Origin: Chthonomonadales bacterium
Lineage (GTDB): Bacteria; Armatimonadota; Chthonomonadetes; Chthonomonadales; CAJBBX01
Length of the DNA: 64,000 bases
NCBI GenBank assembly: GCA_049967475.1
Contig: JBMFSQ010000003.1
Coordinates: 32,001 to 96,000 of the forward strand
Reading direction: 5' to 3'
Shown here: positions 9,890 to 19,618 of the stretch, piece by piece
Layout of the letters: each line of letters begins with the position of its first letter
Position numbering within the stretch: position 1 is the stretch's first letter
Made by a program: the position numbers and the translations under genes
Notes under the pieces: model-generated
Databases searched by the model: none
Told to the model about the DNA's origin: nothing
Seen by the model: the letters and a program-made list of their open reading frames with translations, nothing else

Positions 9890-11490
9890 TGGACGCTTCC
9901 GGATTGAGCTTGCGCAGCATCGAGGGCTTCGACTGCATCCTTGACTTGCCTAGAGGCCTCCAGCCGCATCACCGTTGCTTCTTCTTCATGGCTCGCGTCA
10001 CGGGCTTCCAGGCTCCGCAGAGAAAGATCCAGAGCCTGTGCGGTTAGGCTGGCGGCCTGGGCAAAGAGGCTCTTGACGCGAGCGTACCCAGCCGGCGCTT
10101 CCAACGCTTCGAGGAAGGACGAAAGGTCGGACGTCTGTTTGCGCAGTTGGGTTTCACCGGTGTAGACTTGCTCTCGGGTACGTTTGCCCGTAGCAAGATC
10201 CTGGCGGTCATTCTGCAGGTGATTGAGGATGCCGCCAAGGCCGTTGGCAGCGATGCGGCAGAGATCCGCATAATCGGTTGCTACGCCGTCGCTCTCATCC
10301 GGCTTAGCGTGCATCCGGACCATGTTGAACTCGGAGGCTGCGTCGGAATATCGGCCCAATTCCGCATACATACGGGCTAGCTTGCGATGAGGCAAGGGAT
10401 TGTTCGGATCACACGCGACGCCATCCTGGAGGGCTTTCACTGCTGCATCGGGTTGAGCCAATGCCCAGTACCCGTCCGCAAGCGCCACGTAATTGGCGGC
10501 ATCCTTCGGGTCGAGCTGTACTGCCATGCGGTATTGGGCTACAGCTTCCTCGTTGGCCCCGCGGGACAGCAAGCAATGCCCCAACATGCAACACAGCGGG
10601 GCGGATCCCGGCAGCAACGCTACGGCCCGGCGCGCCTCGTCAAGGGCGGCAGACTTCAATCCGGCGTCTAAGTAGGCTCGGATCAGTTGGCTGCGAAGCG
10701 ACGCATCCTTGGGTTTGGCGGTTACAGCCTTTCGAAGCGCCATGATGAGGTTCGGGAGATCCCCCTGGCGCCGGAAACGGTCAACCAGGATTTCCTCAGC
10801 GGACACGGAAGAAGCCGGCTGGGAGGGCTTTGCTGCGGTCATTTCCCTTGGGCGAGCGGGGAGTGTTCCCTGAGGCTCGGCCGTAAGGGCAGGAGGATGG
10901 GATTGCTGGGGCACCACCTGGCCCGTCTTCACGTCCACAGGCGGGCTCACCGGGATCGGGGTTTGGTTGTGGGTTATCTGCTGGACAATGAGGGCAGTTT
11001 GGGCATTGATGCCTTCCAGCAAGGAGGGCTTGGAACCCTTAGCACGGTACGGGGCCAGCTTCTGCACAAATACAACGGACCACTCCCGCTGGCCTACGAG
11101 GCGCTCCATCTGAGCCTCGGCGGCAACCCCTGCCTTCGTATAGGAGCCGGAGAGGGTGAGGACAAAATCAGCGCCGACGGCGCGGCCGATCTTGCGCCGT
11201 ATTGAAGGAGCAAAGGGCTCCGCCAAGTCGGCTGGGGTGAGTTCGCCGCGGCTGAGGGCCGCCTGGACTTGCGGGTCTTTTGGGCGGAAGATCTTGGGGG
11301 CGTACGAAGCGTCATCCTGAAGAGAACGCGCGACGAAGGGAGCGAAGTCCACGAATTCCCGGGCAGGTATCCCCTTTGCGGGGTAGGAAAAGATGAGCAC
11401 AGTCAGAGGGGCGGGGCGAGCGCCGCCGAGGTCACCTGTCAGCAAACAGGTGAGGCAGCCGAAAAGAACTCCAACCCCACGGAAACGCAT
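9886..11490 (-). CDS. Exported TPR-repeat protein
   Basis: Signal-peptide-like N-terminus (MRFRGVGVLFGCLTCLL), Pro-rich linker, several TPR-like repeats; ATG 11490 overlaps the upstream stop (TGATG). Confidence 0.75.
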   Translation of the reverse strand: MRFRGVGVLFGCLTCLLTGDLGGARPAPLTVLIFSYPAKGIPAREFVDFAPFVARSLQDDASYAPKIFRPKDPQVQAALSRGELTPADLAEPFAPSIRRKIGRAVGADFVLTLSGSYTKAGVAAEAQMERLVGQREWSVVFVQKLAPYRAKGSKPSLLEGINAQTALIVQQITHNQTPIPVSPPVDVKTGQVVPQQSHPPALTAEPQGTLPARPREMTAAKPSQPASSVSAEEILVDRFRRQGDLPNLIMALRKAVTAKPKDASLRSQLIRAYLDAGLKSAALDEARRAVALLPGSAPLCCMLGHCLLSRGANEEAVAQYRMAVQLDPKDAANYVALADGYWALAQPDAAVKALQDGVACDPNNPLPHRKLARMYAELGRYSDAASEFNMVRMHAKPDESDGVATDYADLCRIAANGLGGILNHLQNDRQDLATGKRTREQVYTGETQLRKQTSDLSSFLEALEAPAGYARVKSLFAQAASLTAQALDLSLRSLEARDASHEEEATVMRLEASRQVKDAVEALDAAQAQSGSVH

Positions 11491-12866
11491 CACTGGCATG
11501 CCTTGATGCCCTCCTCGCACGCCTTGATGCCGCGATTGGCCGCGTCCACATTCTTTCCGGCTGCCAGGAGACGCTTGTAATCTGCGATGGCGTCGTTGTA
11601 GTGCGCCACAGCGCTCTCATTCTGGCCCAAGCGCTGGTAGCAGAGGCCGATGAGCTGGTGCAGATACGCCGATCGGTCTCCCGAATGATCCAGGGCTTTC
11701 AGGTACTCCACCACGGCTGCGCGGTAATCCCCCCGCTTCTGTGCTTCCAAGGCAGCCGCTTCGTGGACTTGTGAGGCCATGGTGGATCCACTGCTGGTTC
11801 CGCTCGCCGCGCGGCCGCCGCTGGGAGCGACTACAATCTGGATGCGGCCTGGGTTCGGAGGAGGCGGCTGTGGTGAAGCCGCAGGATTGGCCGGTTGCGG
11901 GTTGGAGGTCGTCTGCTGACTGGATGTGTCAACATCGGGTAGGTGAACGGTGTTGCTGTTCTGGACGGAAGAGGCGTCCCGCCGAGTACCGGAGGCCGGT
12001 GGCGGCTGCACGGGAGCCGGAGCAAGCAGTTCGGTGCTGCTGGGGCGCGCGACGGGTTGCTGGGAAGCAGAAGACTGAGGCGCCATCGTGGAAACCCCGG
12101 GTGCCATGCCGTACGTCTGCGGATAGCCGAAGGGAGTTGCGCTGGGCGGCGTCACAGGTTGGGGTGTGGCACTCTGAGCCGGGGAAGGCGTCATTGGCGG
12201 GGAAACGCCTGGCGCCTGCGCGGTGGACATTGCCGGCGCGGCGGGCTTTGGCCCTTTCTGGTAGTTGCGGTACCAGACGGCAAGCCCGCCCACCAGGAAC
12301 ACCAGGAAGAAGACCGTAATGGCATAGATCGCGGCAGCGGCAGGGTTCTCGGTAAGGACAGGAGCAGCAATGCGGCGCGACCAGTTGATTTTGGGCGGAG
12401 GCGCACTGGCCGAGCCTTCGCGGAGTTCATCCAGCTTGGCACGGTCTGCGATGCTTCCCGGGTTCAGCTCAAGCACTTTGGTGAATTCCTGGATGGCCAG
12501 ATCGCGTTCTCCACGCTGCTCGTACAGAACGCCTAACAACGAATGGGCGCTGGAGCTGTTGGGATTGAGCTTGAGCACCTGCAGACAGAGCGCAACAGCC
12601 GCATCGGTATCGCCTGCGGCGTGCTTGCGGAATGCCTGGGCCAACAGGGCGCTGATTTCCTCGTCTACGATTTCTGGCGGAGTTGATACGGTCCCCTCGG
12701 GGAGCGGAGGAGATGCCGGGAGCCTCTGGCCGCACTGCATGCAGAAGCGCGCCCCGCGCAGATTGCGCACGCCGCAATGCGGGCAAAAGAGGCCGTCGGT
12801 TTCCCCCGGCGAGGAAGCCGCGGAGTGATCCGGCCCAATACGCGGTTGTTCGGGTTGGTGTTCCAT
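11490..12866 (-). CDS. Zinc-ribbon / TPR / transmembrane / Pro-Ser-Thr linker / TPR protein
   Basis: CPHC...CMQC ribbon, TPR (AHSLLGVLYEQRGE), hydrophobic helix IYAITVFFLVFLVGGLAVWY, low-complexity linker, C-terminal TPR. Confidence 0.78.
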   Translation of the reverse strand: MEHQPEQPRIGPDHSAASSPGETDGLFCPHCGVRNLRGARFCMQCGQRLPASPPLPEGTVSTPPEIVDEEISALLAQAFRKHAAGDTDAAVALCLQVLKLNPNSSSAHSLLGVLYEQRGERDLAIQEFTKVLELNPGSIADRAKLDELREGSASAPPPKINWSRRIAAPVLTENPAAAAIYAITVFFLVFLVGGLAVWYRNYQKGPKPAAPAMSTAQAPGVSPPMTPSPAQSATPQPVTPPSATPFGYPQTYGMAPGVSTMAPQSSASQQPVARPSSTELLAPAPVQPPPASGTRRDASSVQNSNTVHLPDVDTSSQQTTSNPQPANPAASPQPPPPNPGRIQIVVAPSGGRAASGTSSGSTMASQVHEAAALEAQKRGDYRAAVVEYLKALDHSGDRSAYLHQLIGLCYQRLGQNESAVAHYNDAIADYKRLLAAGKNVDAANRGIKACEEGIKACQ

Positions 12867-12942
12867 TGGGAATACGCCCAGCAGCAGGTCGGAGAGCCCG
12901 ACTATGGGCAGTGCGGCCGATCGCCGGCCTAGGATGCTTCCT

Positions 12943-12971
12943 ATTCTAACCGCTCGCGCCGGATAAAGCAA
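12943..12971 (-). promoter_or_regulatory. Putative sigma70 promoter of the zinc-ribbon/TPR pair
   Basis: Minus strand TTGCTT-N17-TAGAAT; supports the start at 12866 over the longer ORF call. Confidence 0.45.
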
Positions 12972-13103
12972 GGGCTGGGCCTTGGCAACGGGAAAACCTC
13001 TCTGCGGTGCAATCGGCGGTGCGAGCCTGCAGCGTTACCCCGCTCCTTCTATGGTGCCGACGCGCGGTCCGCATGCTAGGGCTGGACGAACCTTGGTGGC
13101 AGT

Positions 13104-15347
13104 TCACTTCGCAGGCCCGTCTATGCTCCGAGGGGCGCGGACACGTCCGGAGGGTGGGGCGCCCACGATCAAATCGGCTTCTCCTAGCCGTCGCAAATCA
13201 TCGAGCGCGGCGGAGTAGAGGTGCAGGATGTCCTGAGTTGGGGGCGTGTCGTCCATGCCGACGTTGCCCAGGAGACCCAGGCGCACGGAAGGCGGCAAAT
13301 CTGCTTGAAGACGTGAGTTGTAGAAGAAGCACCCGGCGATGAGCACGGTGGCTTCCGATGGACCCGTCGCCACCACACGGGGCGTTTTCGGTTCGACGTA
13401 GAACTCGTTCTGGCCGTAGTAGATCCCCCCGCAGTAGCCGCGCAATTCGATTACCGGCTGTTGGGTTACAAGATGCGTCTTGGGTCCCTGGATCGTCACT
13501 CGCCCTGCCGGAAGGCGCGCGTCCCCCTCGAGCAGAAGGTGGCTTTCGGATTGCTCGTCATAGAAGTCACTCATTACTAGGGAAGCGTTGTCGTGCACAT
13601 GAAGCGTGGGCCCCGCCAGGGTGTCCAGACGCGTAAGGAAGCCGATGAGGCCTCGGGAGTTTGCATGTCCGCCGGATACGGTCACGGTTCCTTCGTAGCT
13701 TGTGCGGAAGAGGAGTGTGGCATCGCTGCAATCCTCGATGCGCAGATTGCCCTGGACGTGCCGCGCATCCACAACAGCGCCTTCGGGGAGGCGAAGAAAG
13801 CGGATACCGTGCGTGTCGGGTGCCTTTTGGTACAGGCCATAGGCGTAGACCTCATCCAACACTAAGGAGCACGGCCTGCCGGGGCGCGCCGTAATTCGGA
13901 TGTCGTCGCCATGCGTCATTCTGCCGTAATCGGGATGCCCTACAGCCACGTGTTCGATCGTCAGGTTGCGCGGGTCGGCCACCTCCAACATCGGCGCCCC
14001 GGCCGATCCGCGCCACACTAGCCCGCTTCGAAGTCCTCCACCTCCGAATGTGTAATCCCTTCCGGTGATCCGCAGCGTTTTGGTCACGACGTACGTCCCC
14101 GCCGGCAGATATGCCAGGGCGGCGTGGCCGGCTTTGCGGGCTGCGGCGAGAGCGTTCTGGATAGCCTGCGTGTCGTCCGTCCTGCCGTCCCCTTTCGCTC
14201 CGAAGTCGCGCATGGCATCGAACACCCGCGACGCCGTTCGCGCGGCAGATACGAGGAAGCTCTGGCGTGCAGAAGTGAGCGCACCCCTGCGTCTGCCCGC
14301 GGGTATTGAGAGAATGCGGGTGCCTGGTGGCGCATCTACGAGGCGGTCAGCAGCCAGGGGTTCGTTGTTGCTTACGGTCAGCCGCTGCTCGGCCCTGACC
14401 ATGTGGATCGGAGGGCGGGCGGACGGCGGTTGAGAGAAGACGCAATCGAACACCAACGCCGTGCTTCCGTTGAGCACGACCGCGCCATCGGGGTCTTTCC
14501 ACGCGGCAACGCGGCAGTCCTGAACTGTAAGCGGCGCGATGGTCCCTCGTTGCACGATGAAGCGGCGCGAGCCGTAGGAGGTGCACCGGCGCACGGAGTC
14601 TCCGTGTTCGCTTTGCGTGGAGATGTCGGCGTCGGCGCTCTCCTCGAAGTGGCAATTGCGCACGTAGAAATTGGCGTGTTGATCGTAGATGCCGGTGCGG
14701 CACTTGCGAAACTCACAGCGGTCGAATGTATTGTCGTAGTCATTGAAGTCGAGCATGCCTACGGCGATGTCGCAGTCTTCGAAGAGGCAATTGTAGTAAT
14801 AGATCTCGGCGCTCGCCAGTCGCTGCCGATGCCCGATGCGAATGCCATATCCGGTGAAATGCCGAAACGCCTCATGCTCGTGGGTGATTTCGGTTTCGAA
14901 CCTCAGCTCCGAGGCATGGTCGAAGCCTACGGCGGCGCGGTGTCTTCCATCCCACGAGATGCCGACGAACCGCGAGTATGCTGCGCCGTTGCACCGGAAC
15001 ATCGTGCCGCCCGCAGGGCCGTCCCACAGGATGGTGGTGTCGCGCCCATGCCCCACGAGTAGGAAGCCTACCCGCGGTCCCTTCAATTCCAGGGTGCGCG
15101 TGATGCGATAGACGCCTGGCGGCAAGTAAACGGCGCGCCCGTCGCCGGGTTGGTCGAGAGCTCGCTGGATGGCGCTTGTGTCATCCGCTCGACCGTCGCC
15201 GGCGGCCTTCACCGACACGCCGGTTCGTACGTTGATCCAGTCCGAGCGCTGCTGCCAGTTCAGGGCAGGGATCTGGGGCGCGGCTGCGGGTGCGGAAGCC
15301 GCGAGAAAAACGAAGAGAGCTGTAAGGCCGGCATCGCTCCAATTCAT
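13104..15347 (-). CDS. Secreted tandem beta-helix carbohydrate-active protein (two Pectate_lyase_3-like domains)
   Basis: AGGAGG before ATG 15347; signal peptide; two copies of the GDGxxDDTxAIQxAL...YLPxGxY motif. Confidence 0.82.
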   Translation of the reverse strand: MNWSDAGLTALFVFLAASAPAAAPQIPALNWQQRSDWINVRTGVSVKAAGDGRADDTSAIQRALDQPGDGRAVYLPPGVYRITRTLELKGPRVGFLLVGHGRDTTILWDGPAGGTMFRCNGAAYSRFVGISWDGRHRAAVGFDHASELRFETEITHEHEAFRHFTGYGIRIGHRQRLASAEIYYYNCLFEDCDIAVGMLDFNDYDNTFDRCEFRKCRTGIYDQHANFYVRNCHFEESADADISTQSEHGDSVRRCTSYGSRRFIVQRGTIAPLTVQDCRVAAWKDPDGAVVLNGSTALVFDCVFSQPPSARPPIHMVRAEQRLTVSNNEPLAADRLVDAPPGTRILSIPAGRRRGALTSARQSFLVSAARTASRVFDAMRDFGAKGDGRTDDTQAIQNALAAARKAGHAALAYLPAGTYVVTKTLRITGRDYTFGGGGLRSGLVWRGSAGAPMLEVADPRNLTIEHVAVGHPDYGRMTHGDDIRITARPGRPCSLVLDEVYAYGLYQKAPDTHGIRFLRLPEGAVVDARHVQGNLRIEDCSDATLLFRTSYEGTVTVSGGHANSRGLIGFLTRLDTLAGPTLHVHDNASLVMSDFYDEQSESHLLLEGDARLPAGRVTIQGPKTHLVTQQPVIELRGYCGGIYYGQNEFYVEPKTPRVVATGPSEATVLIAGCFFYNSRLQADLPPSVRLGLLGNVGMDDTPPTQDILHLYSAALDDLRRLGEADLIVGAPPSGRVRAPRSIDGPAK

Positions 15348-15376
15348 CGGACGACCTCCTGTAGGCAGAGGCATTG

Positions 15377-16453
15377 CTAACGCGTTGGCGGTGTCGGCGC
15401 CTTGCGCAGCTTGGCATAGAATGCCTTCACTATGTCCCAGGCCGGCTTGCCGCGGACGCTGTACCCCGTATCGGCGTGGGCATCGGGGACGTCGCGGACC
15501 TCCCAGAGCCACCAATACGCTCCGGCAAACCAAGGCTCGTCCCAAAACGTGTCCAGTGCGGCTCGATAGAGCCTCGCTTGCTCGTCCAACGACACAGGTT
15601 GCGGCAGCGCCCATTCCCAAGGCTCCATGGCGGCGCGGATCGAGCTACGGTACCCGATCTCGGTGAACAGAATGGGCTTCCGGACGCGGGCCGACAGGTC
15701 GCGGAGGCGCTGCACGTAAGGACGCCAAGCCGCCTTCAGATCCTCCACAGATCTTCCCGGTCGGTCCGCAAGGGGATAGTACGCGTCTACGCCCACGTAA
15801 TCGAGCGCATCCCACCAGGCAATATCCGTTTCACGGTTCCAGTTCGCCGCATAGGTTAGGGGGCCCTTGTAGCGCTTTCGGACCGATGACACCACCTGCC
15901 TCCAATCAGCTTCGCGGTGGCGGGTGCCGTCCAGTTCGACGCCCACGCAGAACAGTTCCGCCTTTTCCGAAGCAGCCAGGTCGGCGTGGTACTCGATGAA
16001 GCGGCGGTAGCTTGCGAACCACGCCTGCCAGTCTTCCTCTTTCGTGAACGTGATTTCGCCCCGCCATCCAGGGCCCGCAAGGTCTATTTGCGGCTTGAGC
16101 ATGACTTTGAGGCCGATGCGATGTGCTTCCCGGATGACATGCCGTAGGCTCTCGTCTGTGGAGGTCCACAGTGGGGCCGGTGCGATGACCGTCGAGGCGG
16201 GAGTGGCCTGCTGCCAGAGCGTAACGATGGACACCCACTGCACGCCGCCCCGCTTCATCGCCGCAAGCTGATCATCTGACGCTTTGCCGAGGAAGCCGTC
16301 TGCGGTCCATGCGGCGAAGCTGAAGCCTTTTTGGAACACAACGGGGTTGGAGCGCGCGCTGCACGGAGCCTGCAACGATGAAAGAGGTGAAGCGACCACT
16401 GCAATCGTGACCCAGCGGGCGAGCCCGGCTAGGATGGAATTATGGGAACGCAT
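15377..16453 (-). CDS. Secreted glycoside hydrolase, GH113-like (beta-mannanase-type TIM barrel)
   Basis: GLKVMLKPQI, WRGEI, VGVEL, TYAANW, GVDAYYPL, LFTEIGY motifs; signal peptide. Confidence 0.85.
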   Translation of the reverse strand: MRSHNSILAGLARWVTIAVVASPLSSLQAPCSARSNPVVFQKGFSFAAWTADGFLGKASDDQLAAMKRGGVQWVSIVTLWQQATPASTVIAPAPLWTSTDESLRHVIREAHRIGLKVMLKPQIDLAGPGWRGEITFTKEEDWQAWFASYRRFIEYHADLAASEKAELFCVGVELDGTRHREADWRQVVSSVRKRYKGPLTYAANWNRETDIAWWDALDYVGVDAYYPLADRPGRSVEDLKAAWRPYVQRLRDLSARVRKPILFTEIGYRSSIRAAMEPWEWALPQPVSLDEQARLYRAALDTFWDEPWFAGAYWWLWEVRDVPDAHADTGYSVRGKPAWDIVKAFYAKLRKAPTPPTR

Positions 16454-16822
16454 GTAACGGTTTATCGTACGGGCAGGTCGTGTTCTGCGTTAGGCGGCCG
16501 GCGTACAGAATTCGCGCGGCCCATTCATGGCATTCGCCTCAGTGAGCGCACACTCCTTCCGCAGACCCACTCCGAGAGGTGTCGGCTTCAACAATGCGGC
16601 CATCCGTCTGCGCCTCCTTGGGCGGGGCGGTACGGGCCGCCTTGCGGCATCAGGCCACGGTGCAAAGCGGACGAATTCGGCAGGGCTCTTTCGTCAAGTG
16701 CGGCAGCGATCTCTCCTAAGGGTGTTTGTCGCGTTGGAGCAGTGGATCTTTCCTCAACGATGCCGTCAGGAACTTGAGCCGGTTGGCCGCAATCGGGCCG
16801 GAGGCGGCCGTTCACGGCTGCG

Positions 16823-16852
16823 TTGACAATCCCGATGGGTGGTGGTTATACT
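16823..16852 (+). promoter_or_regulatory. Putative sigma70 promoter of recG
   Basis: TTGACA-N18-TATACT, about 34 nt before the ATG at 16886. Confidence 0.6.
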
Positions 16853-16885
16853 GGTGTCGTTACCACGCAGGTCCGCGGAGGCGCC

Positions 16886-19036
16886 ATGCGCGGCAGTATC
16901 CCCAACGCAGTCCCCGTAGGAATAAAGAAGGAGCATTCTCACGCGTCCACGGCACGTTCCTTGGGGGACGATATTCAATACGTCAAGGGGGTTGGTCCTG
17001 CTGCTGCCCAGCTTCTGGCGAAGCTCGGCATCCGCACCGCCCGAGATGTGCTGCGGCACATCCCTCGGCGATACGAGGACCGCACGAACTTCAGGAAGAT
17101 CCGAGATCTGATCCCCGGGGAACCGGCCGTCATCAGCGCCAAGGTTGTGAGTGTAGAGACCACAACGGCTCGGCGCACTGGGATGGAGATTACCCGTGTC
17201 ACCGTGGACGACGGCACCGGTCGGGCTCAACTCGTCTTTTTTCGGCAGCCCTACTTGCAGAAGCGCTTTGCCGCTTTGGCGCGTTCCGGCACACCCATTT
17301 CGGTCTACGGGTTCGCAAAGCTGGATCTCTACCACGGTGTAGAGATTGAAAGGGCCGAGTGGGAGGAATTAGGAGCTGGCGACAACCTCAGCGCCAACCG
17401 CATCGTGCCTATCTACCCGGCAACGGAGGGGATCCGGCAGGCGCGGATCCGGCGCATCGTGTACAACGTCCTGCAGTCCCACGGTCATTTGGTGCCCGAC
17501 GCAATCCCCGGCGGTCTTCGGGCAGAACAGGGGTTGCCGCCCGCATACGAGGCTATTCGGAACATCCATTTTCCTTCCAGCACCGAAGCGCTCAGCAGGG
17601 CTCGTCGGGCGCTCGTATTCGAGGAATTCCTGGTGCTGCAGGCGGGCCTCATACGCCGGAGGGCGATGTACGCGAAGGAAGGCGGGGGCCTCGTTTTCAC
17701 TGTGGATTGGGAGCGGCTCGAGGCCGATCTGCGCCGGATCCTGCCCTTCCAACTTACGGGCGCGCAGAGGCGGGCGATCAGCGAGATTGCGGCGGATGTG
17801 TCCAGCGGCCGAGCCATGAACCGCCTGGTTCAGGGCGACGTGGGATCGGGCAAAACCGTGGTGGCTCTGGCTGCCGCGCTTATGGCTGTGGAGAATGGCT
17901 ATCAGGTTGCCCTCATGGCGCCTACAGAGATCCTTGCTCAACAACATGCGTTTGTGCTGCGAGGATATCTCGAGCCGCTTTCCATCTCTGTTGCCCTGGC
18001 CACGGGCAGCCAGAAAGCAGGGAGCCGCCGGATGACGCGCGACCGCGTGGCGGGCGGCGAGAGCCCCGTGGTAGTGGGAACCCACGCGCTCATCCAAGAG
18101 GATTTTCAGTTTCACAGGCTCGGCCTCGTGATTATTGACGAGCAGCACCGGTTTGGGGTATTGCAGCGGCAGGCTTTGCACAAGAAGGGGCGAACTCCCC
18201 ACGTGCTGGTAATGACGGCCACCCCGATTCCGCGGACGCTCACCCTCACGCTCTATGGGGATCTGGACACCAGCATCATCAATGAGCTTCCGCCCGGCCG
18301 CAAGCCCATCAAAACCTACTGGAAGCCCAAACACGAGGCGGCGAGCGTCTACGCCGGCGTCCGGACGCTTCTGGAGAAGGGCCGGCAGGCCTACGTAGTG
18401 TGCCCCCTCGTGGAAGAGTCCGAAAAGCTGCAGGCGCGTGCCGCGGTTCAGCTTGCGGAGCATATCCGGAAGGATGTGTTGCCGGGGTTCCGCGTGGGTC
18501 TGCTTCACGGGCAACTTCCTCCTGCCGAGAAGGATGAGGTGATGCGCCGCTTCAAGGCCCACGAACTCGATATCCTCGTGGCCACCACAGTCATCGAGGT
18601 GGGGATTGACGTGCCCAACGCCTGCGTCATGGTGATCGAGGACGCCGACCGCTTCGGGCTGGCCCAGCTCCACCAGTTGCGGGGCCGCGTAGGTCGAGGA
18701 GAGCACAGTTCGTACTGCCTCCTCTTGAGTGACGCTCCTACGGAAGACGCGCGTGCCCGGATGCAAGTAATGGTAGACACTTGCGACGGCTTTCGCATCG
18801 CAGAGGAGGACCTGCGTCTGAGAGGACCTGGTGAATTCTTTGGGACCCGTCAGAGCGGCCTCCCAGAGCTGTATATCGGAGATCTGGTACGGGATTTCGC
18901 CGTTATGGAGGAGGCCCGCCGCGCGGCTATGCGCATTGTGGCGGAGGATCCGAACCTGGAACAGCCGGAACACGCCGGCCTTCGCGCTGCGCTTCAGGCC
19001 AGCGGCCGGGAGTTCGAGCTGGTGCATGTGAGTTAG
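16886..19036 (+). CDS. recG: ATP-dependent DNA helicase RecG
   Basis: KGVGP, QGDVGSGKT, DEQHRFG, MTATPIPRTL, QLHQLRGRVGRG, RGPGEFFGTRQSG; GGAGG before ATG 16886. Confidence 0.97.
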   Translation: MRGSIPNAVPVGIKKEHSHASTARSLGDDIQYVKGVGPAAAQLLAKLGIRTARDVLRHIPRRYEDRTNFRKIRDLIPGEPAVISAKVVSVETTTARRTGMEITRVTVDDGTGRAQLVFFRQPYLQKRFAALARSGTPISVYGFAKLDLYHGVEIERAEWEELGAGDNLSANRIVPIYPATEGIRQARIRRIVYNVLQSHGHLVPDAIPGGLRAEQGLPPAYEAIRNIHFPSSTEALSRARRALVFEEFLVLQAGLIRRRAMYAKEGGGLVFTVDWERLEADLRRILPFQLTGAQRRAISEIAADVSSGRAMNRLVQGDVGSGKTVVALAAALMAVENGYQVALMAPTEILAQQHAFVLRGYLEPLSISVALATGSQKAGSRRMTRDRVAGGESPVVVGTHALIQEDFQFHRLGLVIIDEQHRFGVLQRQALHKKGRTPHVLVMTATPIPRTLTLTLYGDLDTSIINELPPGRKPIKTYWKPKHEAASVYAGVRTLLEKGRQAYVVCPLVEESEKLQARAAVQLAEHIRKDVLPGFRVGLLHGQLPPAEKDEVMRRFKAHELDILVATTVIEVGIDVPNACVMVIEDADRFGLAQLHQLRGRVGRGEHSSYCLLLSDAPTEDARARMQVMVDTCDGFRIAEEDLRLRGPGEFFGTRQSGLPELYIGDLVRDFAVMEEARRAAMRIVAEDPNLEQPEHAGLRAALQASGREFELVHVS

Positions 19037-19129
19037 CGCCCGGCTGTGAACCCGCTGTGCATTGGGATTGTGTCGGAAGAGGTGCCCTTGAAGGATGCGG
19101 GGTGGGATGCATTTAGGAAGGACGGTTTC

Positions 19130-19618
19130 ATGCCAGACGCAGTAGTTCCAGGCAGTTTCGACCCGGTAACGAATGGGCATCTTTACATCATCGAACGCAC
19201 CGCTCAACTATTTGATCGGGTGACGGTGGCCGTAGTGGTCAACCGGAGGAAGCAGCCGCTGTTTACAGTAGAGGAGCGGGTTGATATGCTGCGGGAGGTG
19301 TGTGCCCACCTGCCGAACGTGGCCGTTGCATCCTTCGACGGGTTGTTGGTAGACTTTGCCATGCAGTGCGGCGCCACCGTCATCGTGAAGGGCCTCCGGG
19401 CCGTGTCGGACTTCGAATATGAACTTCAAATGGCCCTTATGAATCGCCGCCTGTGCCCGTCGGTCGAAACGTTATTCATGATGACGGGGGCGGAAGCCTC
19501 CTATCTAAGCTCGAGTGTGGTCAAAGAGATTGCCCGATTGGGCGGATCAGTGGAAGGATTGGTACCGAACCATGTTGGACAACGCTTACGAGAGAAAGTC
19601 CGCCTCGAACAATGGTGA
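19130..19618 (+). CDS. coaD: Pantetheine-phosphate adenylyltransferase
   Basis: PGSFDPVTNGH, KGLRAVSDFEYE, SSSVVKEIA. Confidence 0.96.
   Translation: MPDAVVPGSFDPVTNGHLYIIERTAQLFDRVTVAVVVNRRKQPLFTVEERVDMLREVCAHLPNVAVASFDGLLVDFAMQCGATVIVKGLRAVSDFEYELQMALMNRRLCPSVETLFMMTGAEASYLSSSVVKEIARLGGSVEGLVPNHVGQRLREKVRLEQW

Noticed and set aside
11830..12260. Pro/Ser/Thr/Gln-rich stretch as a tandem repeat
   Set aside because: Low-complexity protein linker with no regular DNA repeat unit.
15348..15620. N-terminal extensions given by the ORF track (also for GH15, acpP, apt, csp, fabI)
   Set aside because: They overlap neighbouring genes or promoters; downstream starts have SD sequences and match family N-termini.
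16454..16822. Possible ncRNA or small gene in the 370-bp gap before recG
   Set aside because: No tRNA, tmRNA, RNase P or SRP hallmarks recognised; the ORFs lack an RBS or protein-like composition. A covariance-model scan would settle it.
17369..19207. 612-aa antisense ORF over recG, and similar long antisense ORFs at 21970..23442, 23478..24929, 43548..45302 and 54134..55270
   Set aside because: Shadow frames of well-supported genes in high-GC DNA, with no motifs.
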